Shown piece after piece: positions 39,367 to 51,727 of a stretch of 64,000 nt of DNA (position 1 is its first letter; every line of letters begins with the position of its first letter). A program made the position numbers and the translations under genes. Source of the stretch: Octopus sinensis (Eukaryota); contig NC_043024.1 of assembly GCF_006345805.1 (NCBI RefSeq), forward strand, positions 16,430,001-16,494,000, given 5' to 3'. The notes under the pieces are model-generated. The model was not told the DNA's origin. It did not search any database and saw nothing but the letters and a program-made list of their open reading frames with translations.

Positions 39367-39897
39367 GACACCTTTAATTTTCAAAATTTCTGATCTAAGT
39401 GTCTTAATATGTTTTCAGTGGTGTAGAAATTACAATGTAATTATTCTTTTTCATTCAAATGCCATTATATTAAACATTTGCGAAAAGTAACCATGCCACA
39501 CACAAAAAATTCAGCAGAACTGTCAGATTTTCACAGAGATCGTATTGTTGGGCAATCTGAGGCTGGTCTTAGCCAGCAAGAAATTGCTGAAAATCTTCAA
39601 ATTCCTCTTGCTACTGTTAATAGAATTATAGTCCAATTTAAAAGCCAAGGAAAAACATCAACAGATTCTTGTCTCGGCCAACCTGGGCCCTCAGAAAGGA
39701 AGCTTCGCTGCTTGAAGAGAACTGTGGAAAACGAACCCCCTTCGAAGGCTTCTGACATTGCAAAACATCTAGAAGTTAGTCCAAGAACATGTGTTAGATA
39801 TCTACATAAGCTTGGGTATTATGGACGAGTAGCTGGAAGAAAACCTCTCCTTCAACCAATTATTATCAAATAAAAAATTTTGAAAATTAAAGGTGTC
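39367..39897 (+). mobile_element. Internally deleted Tc1 element retaining the transposase N-terminal HTH ORF
   Basis: TA-GACACCTTTAATTTTCAAAATTT...AAATTTTGAAAATTAAAGGTGTC-TA. ORF 39493-39873 reads [33 protein letters not shown]. Confidence 0.9.
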
Positions 39898-39922
39898 TAT
39901 TGACTTCCTGCATATCTGTGTA

Positions 39923-39955
<33 letters not shown>

Positions 39956-39993
39956 TCATTCACCTACTTAAATATTCATATATATATATATGC

Positions 39994-40385
39994 ACAGGCA
40001 TGGATTTATGGTAAGAAGCTTGCTTCCCAAACATATGGTTCTGGGTTGAGTCCCACTGTGTGGCACCTTGGGCAAATGTCTTCTACTATAGTCTTGGGCC
40101 GACCAAAGCCTTGTGAGCGGATTTGGCAGACTGAAACTGAAAGAAGCCCGTTGTATATATATATATATATGTGTATTTGTATGTCTGTGCTTGTCCCCCA
40201 ACCATCGCTTGACAACTGATGTTGGTGTGTTTACATCCCCGTAAGTGACTGGTTTGGCAAAAGAGACTGATGGAATAAGTACTGGGCTTACAAAGAATAT
40301 GTCTTGGGATCGTTTTGTTTTACTAAAGGTGCTGCTCCAGCATGGCTGCAGTCAAATAATGACTGAAACAAGTAAAAGAGTAAAG
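39994..40385 (+). mobile_element. CORE-type SINE
   Basis: Same family as 15355-15800. Confidence 0.8.
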
Positions 40386-41842
40386 ACTATACATATAGAC
40401 ATTGATGCTGTACAGAGGAATCTTGGAAGATAATGGCCAGGATCACCAAGCTCTATAAAAAGAGTAACTGCAACATACATAGGGGTGGCGTCCATGGGTT
40501 GTGTAATCAGCTAATGAGAGATTCATCATGACTCAAACTCACAATTAAAATTCATAATAATGGAATTTGGATGGCAATAGAAAGCCATGGGAATCTATAC
40601 AAGCAGTGCTACCAAATGATGATGAAATTTATGTGTGTGTATATATATATATATATATTTACATATATCACAGTCGAAGCATTTCTGTCACAATCTGAAC
40701 TTGATGAATGCTTACATGCAAGGAAGTATACTAGTTCAATGAGAATAGACATTTAATATTTAATTTTCAATATTTCATTTGTTCAATAAGACAATCAATA
40801 CTTCATTTCATTTCTTTCTTACTATATATATACTATTTATACTATATATTCTATATCCTATATTAATATTATAAGAATATAAATAAAGCTCTTGACTCAA
40901 ATTCATAATGGAATTGGATGGTGACAGAGAGTCAAGGGAAATGCACAAAAGCTTTGTGTCTGACAACAGAAGCTGATTATCTCCATTACTCTATGCTTGA
41001 TGAGTAATTTATTTTACTGACCCCAGGAAAATGGGAAGAATATGCCTCAGCATAATTTGAACTCTGGATGTAACAAGACGCAACCAAAAATCACAAAATA
41101 TTTTCTCTAATGGTCAATCAACTCTGTTAATCCAAATAATTATGATTTCTAACGGAGGTCCCAGATAAAAATGAAAAGAAAATGTAGTAGGATTTGAACT
41201 CAGAACTTCAAGAAAAGTAATTGAGAGGTTAGAGTACGTTAGAGAGACAGAGATAGATGTCTCACAAGAGAGGAGATACTTGGCTACTCCTGTAGGACAA
41301 GGAAAGAAATGATGGTGGGGTAAAGAGAGAGAGAGAGAGAGAGAGAAGAAGAGAGAGAGACAGTTGGAGTGAGAAAGAGAGAGAGGGCCTATCCACAAAC
41401 AAACAGTGGGGGAATAAGGAGCAGAGGGGATAGAGGGGGATGATCCATAAGAATGTGAGAGAAGATATCTCGACATAGTGAGTGATGATGAGAAGAATTT
41501 GGAGTAGTTGGGAAGTGGGTTTGGTAGAAACGTAAGAGCATGGAAAGCATATGAAAACTAAAAGACCTCAGCTGTGGATATAAGCCATCCTCATTAACGT
41601 TCTTTTGGTAAGACGTATTTCTCAATTTCTGAGCGTTTGCTCATGTCTATGACAGAAATTTAAAATTTTTGTGTTTATGAGTCTGACTACAAGGCTTTCG
41701 CTTTGTGGATACGAAACCTTGGCTAACTCTATGTCCAACATATAAAATGTTTTATTGTAACAATTAATACTCTATTCTTTAGAGTGTGGTTCTTTTCTGA
41801 TATATGTTTTATTAATTAACTATACATATATATATATATATA

Positions 41843-41921
<79 letters not shown>

Positions 41922-41924
41922 GAT

Positions 41925-41984
<60 letters not shown>

Positions 41985-41986
<2 letters not shown>

Positions 41987-42655
41987 GATTGATTGATTTG
42001 ATTTTGATTTTGATTTGATTTTGATTTTTCCAGTTTCAGCTTATGAGCTGTGGCCATGCTGGGGCACCGCCATTTGGTGTTGCTACTTGGTTTCACTTCA
42101 TGAAGGCTTTCTAGCAGCTGCTATTTGGTGCATGAGAGAGTTCGATGCAGCTGCCCTCATCTGCCCCTCCTGCCGTGAAGTTGGTTCATCTGGGACACCT
42201 GACAGGAAGAGATCCAGCTTCATTTTAAAGACATCTGTATCCACCCCATGCAGGTCTCTCAGGTTCTTCGGGAGGATATTGAAGAGCTGTGGGCCTCGGA
42301 AGCCCAGGCTATCACAGAATCTTGTCCTACATCTTGATGGCAAGTTTGGAGTCCTAGGCACCACGCAGTGGCGCCCAGTTCTGGCATTTGCGTAACTCTC
42401 GATGCCAAAGTTCAGGACACTTCCCTCCAGGATCTTCCAGATGTATATTATGGCATATCTTTCCCGCCTACGCTCCAGGGAATATAATTTTAATTTCCTG
42501 AGTCTTTCCCAGTAGCTTACATTCTGCATAGAGGCTATCTTCTTCGTGTAGCTACGTTGGATCGCCTCGAGCTCTGTGATCAACTTGACACTGGATGGTG
42601 ACCATAACTGAGAGCAGTAGTCCAGGAGATGTTTCTTTTTCCTTCTACAGTGGAT
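41985..42655 (-). pseudogene. 3' fragment of a CR1/L2-group LINE with (TCAAA)n-like tail
   Basis: LDYCSQLWSP..LEAIQRSYTKKI..SYWERLRKLKLYSLERRRERY..FRGPQLFNILP..FKMKLDLFL. Confidence 0.85.
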
Positions 42656-42857
42656 TTTTTTTTTTTTTTTCACCATGTGCGTTTTCGGTCAAAAGAAAAA
42701 TTTTTTACTGTGTTTGGCTTCAGGCAAAATATATTACGTTTTTGATTAATATATTTGTAGCCGAAGTGTTGTAGTGGGCTTCGATTTATGCACACTTTCT
42801 GCTTTTTAAACAGCGCAAAGACGATACACGACTCTCCCTGTCGGATCCGAAAATACA

Positions 42858-42889
<32 letters not shown>

Positions 42890-42938
42890 ATATAATATAT
42901 ATATATATATATATGTATATTTATTCCCTAATATTTAT

Positions 42939-42996
<58 letters not shown>

Positions 42997-42998
<2 letters not shown>

Positions 42999-44020
42999 AG
43001 GAGTGGCTGTGTGGTAAGTAGCATGCTTACCAACCCCATGGTTCCGGGTTCAGTCCCACTGTGTGGCACCCTGGGCAAGTACCTTCTACTATTACCTCGT
43101 CCCGACCAAAGCCTTGGGAGTAGATTTGGTAGACTGAAACTGAAAGAAGCCTGTCGTATATATATGTGTGTGTGTGTACGTGTGTCTGTGTTTCTCCCCC
43201 CCACCCTCCATTACTTCACAAATGATGTTTGTATGTTTATGTCCCCAAAACTTATCAGTTCAGCAAAAGAGACTGATTGAATAAGTACAAGGCTTACAAA
43301 AGAATAAGTCCTGGGTACGATTTGTTCGACTAAAGGTGGTACTCCATCATGGCCGCAGTCAAATGACTGAAACAAGTAAAAGAATATTTATATGCACACA
43401 TATGTGTGTGTGTCTTTGTGTTGGTGTATTGTCCCTCACCACTACTTGACAATCAGTGTTGGTGTATTTAAGTCCTCATAACTTAGTGGTTCAGTAAATG
43501 AATGAGATCGATAAAATAAGTACCAGGTTGAAGAAAAATAAGTACTTAGGTTGATTTGGTAGACAAAATGGCCACAGTCTAATGACCAAAACAAATATAT
43601 ATATAGGTGCAGGAGTGGCTGTGTTGTTAGTAGCTTCCTTACCAACCCCATGGTTCTAGGTTCAGTCCCACTGCATGGCACCTTGGGCAAGTGTCTTTTA
43701 CTATAGCCTCGGGCCGACCAAAGCCTTGTGAGTGGATTTGGTAGATGGAAACTGAAAGAAGCTTGTCACACATATAGTGAGAAATATATATGTGTGTGTG
43801 TGTGTATGTTTGTGTGTCTGTGTTTGTCCCCCCCCCCCAACATCATTTGACAACCGATGTTGGTGTATTCACGTCCTCATAACTTAGTGGTTCAGCATAA
43901 AAAGAGACCAATAGAATAAGTACTAGGTTTACAAAGAATAAGTCCTGGAGTCAACGTGCTCGACTAAAGGCAGTACTCCAGCATGGCCACAGTCAGATGA
44001 CTGAAATAAGTAAAAGAAGA
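42997..44020 (+). mobile_element. Cluster of three CORE-type SINE copies or fragments
   Basis: 42997-43387, ~43440-43590 (3' fragment) and 43606-44020. Confidence 0.8.
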
Positions 44021-44023
44021 AAA

Positions 44024-44069
<46 letters not shown>

Positions 44070-45745
44070 TATATACATATGCATATATATATCTGCATAT
44101 ATGTGTGTGTATGTGTTGTGTATATAGAAAGAGAGAGAGGGAGAGAGAGAAAGAGAGAGAGACAGTTGTAAACATACATACGTACATACATACATAAACA
44201 TATATACACACATATACAGTATACAAACCAATCAAACAAATGGATTAGTTAACACAGTTCTGCTGTGATAAAATTGGTTCATCTCTAAGGATTATGAAGC
44301 TGTAATCCACCCAAACAATCATAGTTAATACATTTGCTTCAATGGAGACAGGAGTTGAGAAGAAGAAGGATTAATGTGTCACTCAATATGAATAAACACA
44401 TCACTTAAACCTCACCTCCTCCTTCCCCCCTTCCTCTTAGTCTCACTTTATGTGATACTTGAGACAATGAGTGAGACCTCTATGTGGTTATTTTTGTTTC
44501 TAGAAAAAGCAATTGAATCTCCCTCCAGTGACACCCAAACAAGTCTTAGAAAAAGACAATTGAAATGATGTGGTTGTGGGATCGCACGAAAGAAAAGGTT
44601 GGGATGGCTGAAAGGGCAATGACCACCACTGCCACAAACTGTCACCACTACTGTACACCACCACACCCCAGCATCCATCGCCACTACCCCACCAGCCATC
44701 ACCACCATCACCACTTAATGCACATGCAGCATGGGAAAGGCAAACATAGAAAGTTCATAAGAGATATTATCTTCAGGCAAATATAGCAGTTAATTTGCCT
44801 TTTTGTGATGTAACTGCATTGACTATGATACGCAGAAAGCTATTTTTATCTAATATTGCTTCTGTTACATATACATACATACCGCAAACCTTTCCATCTC
44901 AAATCTTGCCTTTCTTACTGCCGCCTAAATCTCGTCTTCTCCCAGTGCGCAATGTCGTTTTTGCCCCTCTGTTATCACCATGTCTCTCTCCCTCCCTCTC
45001 TCTCTCTCTCTTTCTCTGCGGTGTCGTTTTCTCCCTCTGTTATCGCTGTCTCTCTCTCTCTCTATATATATATATATTTCACTTTCACTCGCTGCCACAG
45101 GCTTCTACCCACACCTCCGCTCCCCCTCCCCTATAAAACCCTACGCACGAGGCTTGACCGCCCCTATTATTGCTTTCCTCCTGGCTATAACACACGAACT
45201 ACGAACTGCAGGATGATGAATAATATCAGCTAAGTCATATTTAAGTTCACGACCTGTCCCTCTTTCATTGTTTTTGCAAGTATTATTATCACCATCAAGC
45301 CTTATTATTGTGTCCCCCATATATTATCGTTATCCTTCGTCTCAAATGCTAGCTGAAGCATATAAACTTTCGCTCACAAAAACTTATTCACACGACCGCA
45401 AAAAAAAAAACATCTCGTCTCAAATCTGGTCTTTCTGTCGTTTAATTCTCTAACCCATCTTTCCCAACTTACACTCATAGAAAATTATGCACACGACCGC
45501 AAACCTTTCCATCTCAAATCTTGCCTTTCTTACTGCCGCCTAAATCTCGTCTTCTCCCAGTGCGCCCGCCCTCCCGCCCCCACCACCAGTACCGGAAGTC
45601 CTTATCTCACCTTGCCTTCCTTTGCTTTTCTTCCATGAACACCTAAAGGCCTTAAACCAATACCACCCCTTCTATATATGGTGGTGACCATACGGCGCAA
45701 AAACATGTTAGTGCAGTGTAACAGGTTGAACTTAAGTTCATTGCT

Positions 45746-48700
45746 TTGCTTATGAATTCTGCCAAATGCGAGTTTTCTTCTTCTTTTCAGGTACATGACG
45801 GCACTGCTCCCCGTCCCTGGGCCTCTCGGGTCAATTCCTTCCACCCCCTCAGGGTGGGCACCCTCAACGCTTGCACACTGAAAGGTAGGTCTGGCGAGAT
45901 AGTCGAGATGCTTGAACGGAGACGTGTTGACGTATGTTGTATGCAAGAAATAAGGTGGAGAGGAGGATCTGCTAGGTTCCTCACAGGCAAGGAACACAGG
46001 TACAAGATTTTCTGGGCAGGGAACACTGACGGGGTTGGTGGCGTGGGTATACTTATCGCTGAGAAATGGATAGATAGAGTAATTGAGGTAATCAGAGTAA
46101 GTGACAGAATACTTAAGATTAGAATAGTGCTTCATCATAGATTAGCAACCATTATATCGGCCTATGCCCCTCAGCCAGGGCTACCCGATGGACAGAAAGA
46201 CAGTTTCTATGACACCCTACTGCAGACCACCTCATTGACGAACGACAGGGACCTTCTCTTTGTGGCTGGTGATTTCAATGGGCATGTTGGACGACATGCT
46301 GGGGGCTTCCATGGAGTGCATGGAGGCTACGGTTATGGTTCCCGCAACGAGGAGGGAACCAGGCTGCTGGAGTTCTGCGATGTGAATAGTCTTATGATCT
46401 GCAACACTAACTTCAGGAAACCAACAAGCCACCTGGTCACCTACCGATCGGGCCGGCATGCTAGCCAAATCGACTACATCCTCGCCAGAAAAAGGGAAAG
46501 ATGGCTGCTTATAAATGCCAAAACCTTCCCGGGCGAAGAATGCACCCCACAACATAGACTGGTAGTTAGTGACTTTAGGATCAGGACTAAGAGGGCGACT
46601 AGAAGACGACCAACATGGAGAAGAAAGGTCTGGAAGCTTAAAGACCCTGCGAATGGACAGAGATTTAGAGATATGTTACTTGAAGCCTTTGACGAAGTGG
46701 AAGGGGGTATAGCTACACATGGGGTAGAAGACAACTGGACGTTTCTGAGGGACAACCTGCTGAAAGCCGCTGACCAGATCTGTGGCTGGTGCAAAGTCCC
46801 CTTAAGACCCAAAATAACATGGTGGTGGAACAATATTGTTGATAGGGCTATTAGACAAAAGAAACAGGCTTGGAAGGCCTGGAAGAACGGTGGTAGCAGG
46901 GAAGTGTATCAGACTGCCAGAAGGGAAGCTAGGAGACAGGTCTATCTAGCCAGAGGGGAAGCAGATAAAAGAAAATTTGCCAATGTCCTGCGCCGTGAGG
47001 ATGAAAGACTTGAGGTATTTCGTGTTGCAAGACAGTGTGTGAGAGAGAATCGAGATGTGGTAGGAGAGAAATGTGTTCGCATGGAGGATGGTTCACTTGC
47101 GTTAAATGAGGATGCAAAGAGAGAAGCTTGGAGACGCCACTATGAAAGGTTGCTGAATGAGGAAAATGAATGGGATAAAGAGAGTCTGCCGAATGTTGAC
47201 CCAACAGAGGGACCAGCTATCCGAGTTGATAGTTCCGTGGTAGCTAAGGCAATTAGAAGCATGAAGACAGGGAAAGCCCCAGGCCCATCAGGAATTACAG
47301 CAGAGATGCTCAAAATATCTGGTAGTGTCGGCTATAGCATAGTCACCCGTATAGTTAACCAGGTGATACACGAAGGAGTCATACCCAATGACTGGTGTAG
47401 CAGCATAATAGTCAACTGCTACAAAGGTAAAGGCGATGCCCTAGATACAAATAACTACAGGGGCATCAAGCTGTTGGATCAGGTAATGAAGGTTACGGAG
47501 AGGGTTATAGCCCAGTTAATTAGAGAGAGAGTTAGCTTAGATGATATGCAGTTTGGGTTCGTGCCAGGGAAAAGTACTACTGATGCTATATTCCTGGTAA
47601 GACAGCTGCAGGAGAAATACCTAGCCAAAGGTAAGCCCTTGTACCTGGCTTTTGTTGACTTAGAGAAAGCCTTTGACAGGGTCCCCCGATCCCTTATCTG
47701 GTGGTCAATGAGGAAACTAGGGATAGATGAATGGTTAGTGAGAGCTGTGCGAGCCATGTACAGAGACGCAGCTAGTAAGGTGAGGGTTGGCAACGAGTAC
47801 AGTGAAGAATTCCGGGTAGAGGTTGGGGTCCACCAAGGTTCAGTCCTCAGCCCCCTCCTATTTATCATAGTCCTCCAGGCAATAACGGAAGAATTTAAGA
47901 CAGGATGCCCCTGGGAGCTCCTATATGCTGATGACCTTGCTCTAATTGCTGAGTCACTATCAGAACTGGAGGAGAAGTTTCAGGTGTGGAAACAAGGATT
48001 AGAATCGAAGGGCCTTAGAATCAACCTAGCCAAAACCAAAGTCCTAATAAGTAGGAAGGTGGACCAACCACAAACGACTTCAGGTAGATGGCCCTGCTCG
48101 ATCTGTAAAAAAGGTGTAGGTAGAAACTCTATAAGGTGCACCAAGTGTAAGCTATGGACACATAAGAGGTGCAGCAATGTCAAAGGAAGGCTAACTAAGA
48201 AAATAGTTTTTGTCTGTGGCAGATGCTCAGGAGAAATAAACACTGGAAATGTGCAGAGTCCAACTTCTACCACGTTCCAGGGAGACAAACTAGAAGTAGT
48301 TGATAGCTTCCGCTACCTAGGAGACCAAGTCAGTAGCGGGGGTGGGGTGCTGAAAGTGTAACTGCTAGAGTAAGAATAGCCTGGGCAAAGTTTAGAGAGC
48401 TCTTACCCCTGCTGGTGACAAAAGGTCTCTCGCTAAGAGTAAAAGGCAGACTATATGATGCGTGTGTACGTACAGCCATGCTACATGGTAGTGAAACATG
48501 GGCCGTGACAGCTGAGGATATGCGTAAGCTTGCAAGAAATGAAGCCAGTATGCTCCGATGGATGTGTAATGTCAGTGTTCATAATCGTCAGAGTGTAAGT
48601 ACTTTGAGAGAAAAGTTGAACCTAAGAAGTGTCAGTTGTGGTGTGCAAGAGAGACGGCTGCGCTGGTATGGTCATGTGACGAGAATGGCTGAAGATAGTT

Positions 48701-48876
48701 GTGTGCAAAAGTGCTACAACCTAGCAGTTGAGGGAACCTGTGGAAGAGGTAGACCCAGGAAAACCTGGGACGAGGTGGTGAAGCACGACCTTCGAACTTT
48801 AGGTCTCACCAAGGAAATGACTGAAGACCGAGTCCTATGGAAGTGTGCTGTGCATGAGAGGACCCGGCAGGACTAG
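45746..48876 (+). pseudogene. RTE-clade LINE ORF (AP endonuclease + RT + PHD-type finger) with a single frameshift at ~48345
   Basis: GTLNACTL, AGDFNGHVG, SQIDYIL, QFGFVPGKSTTDAIF, HQGSVLSPLLF and LLYADDL. The reading continues in another frame (..VTKGLSLRVKGRLY..LRWYGHV..GRPRKTW) to TAG at 48876. Confidence 0.95.
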
Positions 48877-51041
48877 TCAGGCCATATCCCGTGGCCCCTA
48901 CCTGGGACGTAGTCGATCCACCTGTGCATACCTTCCTTCTTGTGACACTTGTGAAGACCTGCTGAGGCAAGTGAAAATCAATCAAAATAGATGAACATCA
49001 ATGGAATTTGTATCTTTGTGGTACCAGTGCCTGTGGCACACAAGAAAACCATCCGAACGTGGCCGTAGCCAGTACCGCATCGACTGGCCTCCATGCTGTG
49101 GGAACATGGTGGCACATAAAAACACCATCCGAAGACCCGGCAAGACTAGTCAGGTCATAACCCGTGGGCCCTACCTGGGACGTAGTCAGTCCACCTGTAC
49201 ATACCTTCCGACTTGTGAAGACCTGCTGAGGCAAGTGAAAATCAAATCAAATCAAAACAAATCAAAATAGATGAACATCAATGGAATTTGTATCCTTGTG
49301 GTACCAGTGCCAGTGGCACACAAGAATCCATCCGAACGTGGCCGTAGTCAGTACCGCTTGTGGTACCAGTGCCGGTGGCACACAAGAATCCATCCGAACG
49401 TGGCCGTAGTCAGTACCGCTTGTGGTACCAGTGCCGGTGGCACACAAGAATCCATCCGAACGTGGCCGTAGTCAGTACCGCATCACTGGCCATCCGATCG
49501 TGGCCGTTCGCCAGCCTCATCTAGCACCTGTGTCGGTGGCACATAAAAACACCATCTGAAGACCCGGCAAGACTAGTCAGGCCATAACCCATGGCCCCTA
49601 CCTGGGACGTAGTCAGTCCACCTGTGCATACCTTCCTTCTTGTGACACTTGTGAAGACCTGTGAGGCAAGTGAAAATCAAATCAAAACAAATCAAAATAG
49701 ATGAACATCAATGGAATCTGTATCTTTGTGGTACCAGTGCCGGTGGCACACACTTTGTGGTACCAGTGCCGGTGGCACACATGAGAACCATCCGAACGTG
49801 GCCGTAGCCAGTTCCGCATCGACCGGCCTCCGTGCTGTGGGCACGTAACAAACACCATCCGATCATGGCCGTTCGCCAGCCTCATCTGGCACCTGTGTCG
49901 GTGGCACATAAAAACACCATCCGAAGACCCGGCAAGACTAGTCAGTCCACCTGTGCATACCTTCCTTCCTTCTTGTGACACTTGTGAAGACCGGTTGAGG
50001 CAAGTGAAAATCAAATCAAATCAAATCAAATCAAAATAGACAAAATAGATGAACATCAATGGAATTTGTATCTTGTGGTACCAGTGCCTGTGGCACACAA
50101 GAAATCCATCAGTGCCGTAGTCAGTGCGGTGGGCACATGACAAACACCATCCGATCGTGGCCGTTCGCCAGCCTCATCTAGCACCTGTGTCGGTGGCACA
50201 TAAAAACACCATCCGAAGACCCGGCAAGACTAGTCAGGCCATAACCCATGGCCCCTACCTGGGACGTAGTCAGTCCACCTGTGCATACCTTCCTTCTTGT
50301 GACACTTGTGAAGACCTGTTGAGGCAAGTGAAAATCAAATCAAATCAAAACAAATCAAAATAGATGAACATCAATGGAATTTGTATCTTTGTGGTACCAG
50401 TGCCGGTGGCACGTGGCACATAAGAAAACCATCCAAACGTGGCCGTAGCCAGTACCGCATCGACTGGCCTCCGTGCTGTGGGCACGTAACAAGCACCATC
50501 CGATCGTGGCCGTTTGCCAGCCTCATCTGGCACCTGTGTCGGTGGCACATAAAAACACCATCCGAGCGTGGCCGTCTGCCAGCCTCGTCTGGCACCTGTG
50601 TCGGTGGCACATAAAAACACCATCCGAGCGTGGCCGTCTGCCAGCCTTGTCTGGCACCTGTGTCGGTGGCACATAAAAACACCATCCGAGCGTGGCCGTC
50701 TGCCAGCCTCGTCTGGCACCTGTGTCGGTGGCACATAAAAACACCATCCGAGCGTGGCCGTCTGCCAGCCTCGTCTGGCACCTGTGTCGGTGGCACATAA
50801 AAAACACCATCCGAGCGTGGCCGTTTGTCAGCCTTGTCTGGCACCTGTGTCGGTGGCACATAAAATCACCCACTACACTCTCGGAGTGGTTGGCGTTAGG
50901 AAGGGCATCCAGCTGTAGAAACACTGCCAGATCTGACTGGACTGGTGCAGCTTTCGGGCTCCCCAGACCCCAGTTGAACCGTCCAACCCATGCTAGCATG
51001 GAAAGCGGACGTTAAATGATGATGATGATGATGATGATGAT
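48861..51041 (+). repeat. Expanded RTE 3'UTR: five iterated blocks, ~6 x 62-bp minisatellite and (GAT)n tail
   Basis: GACCCGGCA(A/G)GACTAGTCAG recurs at 48861, 49134, 49561, 49926 and 50218. The 62-bp units span ~50507-50870. Confidence 0.9.
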
Positions 51042-51201
51042 ATATATATATATAATTTATATATAGAGGGCATTATACATACATGCCAGAAGGCATTATA
51101 CATACATGCCACACGCTAAGAGGGACAATTAGTCATTTCTACCAAAAATATTACTAATCCCACCGAATGCAATTTTTCAAATTAAGACATTTAAAAAATA
51201 T

Positions 51202-51249
51202 AGACCTGTATCACAGTGATTTCATACTTACGTATTCATCAGCAGGCCT
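51202..51249 (-). ncRNA. Compact canonical type I hammerhead ribozyme (family B, copy 1)
   Basis: Minus strand AGGCCTG-CTGATGA-ATAC-GTAA-GTAT-GAAA-TCACTGTGA-TA-CAGGTCT. It has a 7-bp stem I, a 4-bp stem II with GNRA loop, a near-palindromic stem III and an AUA cleavage triplet. Confidence 0.85.
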
Positions 51250-51679
51250 GAATGTATTATAAATAAACAACGACCCTGCCCCGCTTAAGCCGATCAGCTA
51301 ACTGATCAACATCAACGAAGCACATGGGTGAGTTTACATATATTACATCCGGATAAATGGCAAACTTTTACGAATTGCATTTCGGGAGAGGAAAAGTTTT
51401 TTCGGAATAAAAATTTAGCAATTAAGGACAACTACTTAATAGGAAAACTTAACAAGAAATTGTCAGGTAGATAGCGTGAAAACCTCATAAGAGAAAAAAT
51501 TTCGAAAATAATTATTTCTTATTGAACATATTAATTTATATATAGAGGGCATTATACATACATGCCAGAAGGCATTATACATACATGCCACACGCTAAGA
51601 GGGACAATTAGTCATTTCTACCAAAAATATTACTAATCCACCGAATGCAATTTTTCAAAGTAAGACATTTAAAAAATAT

Positions 51680-51727
51680 AGACCTGTATCACAGTGATTT
51701 CATACTTACGTATTCATCAGCAGGCCT
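51680..51727 (-). ncRNA. Compact canonical type I hammerhead ribozyme (family B, copy 2)
   Basis: Identical sequence 478 nt away. Confidence 0.85.

Noticed and set aside
41675-41730. GAGT-CTGACTA...GAAAC-CTTG-GCT-AACTC hammerhead-like string
   Set aside because: G8 and the cleavage triplet are altered and stem II closure is missing. Too decayed to call.
48861-50870. Possible CRISPR-like or HDV-ribozyme array
   Set aside because: There are no unique spacers, the context is eukaryotic, and the units match the RTE 3'UTR. No P1/P1.1/P3 HDV topology could be built.
50345-51015. Several 100-160 aa ORFs with repeated MCHRHRCQTRLA
   Set aside because: Translations of the 62-bp RTE UTR minisatellite. 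The same applies to similar ORFs in dispersed copies.
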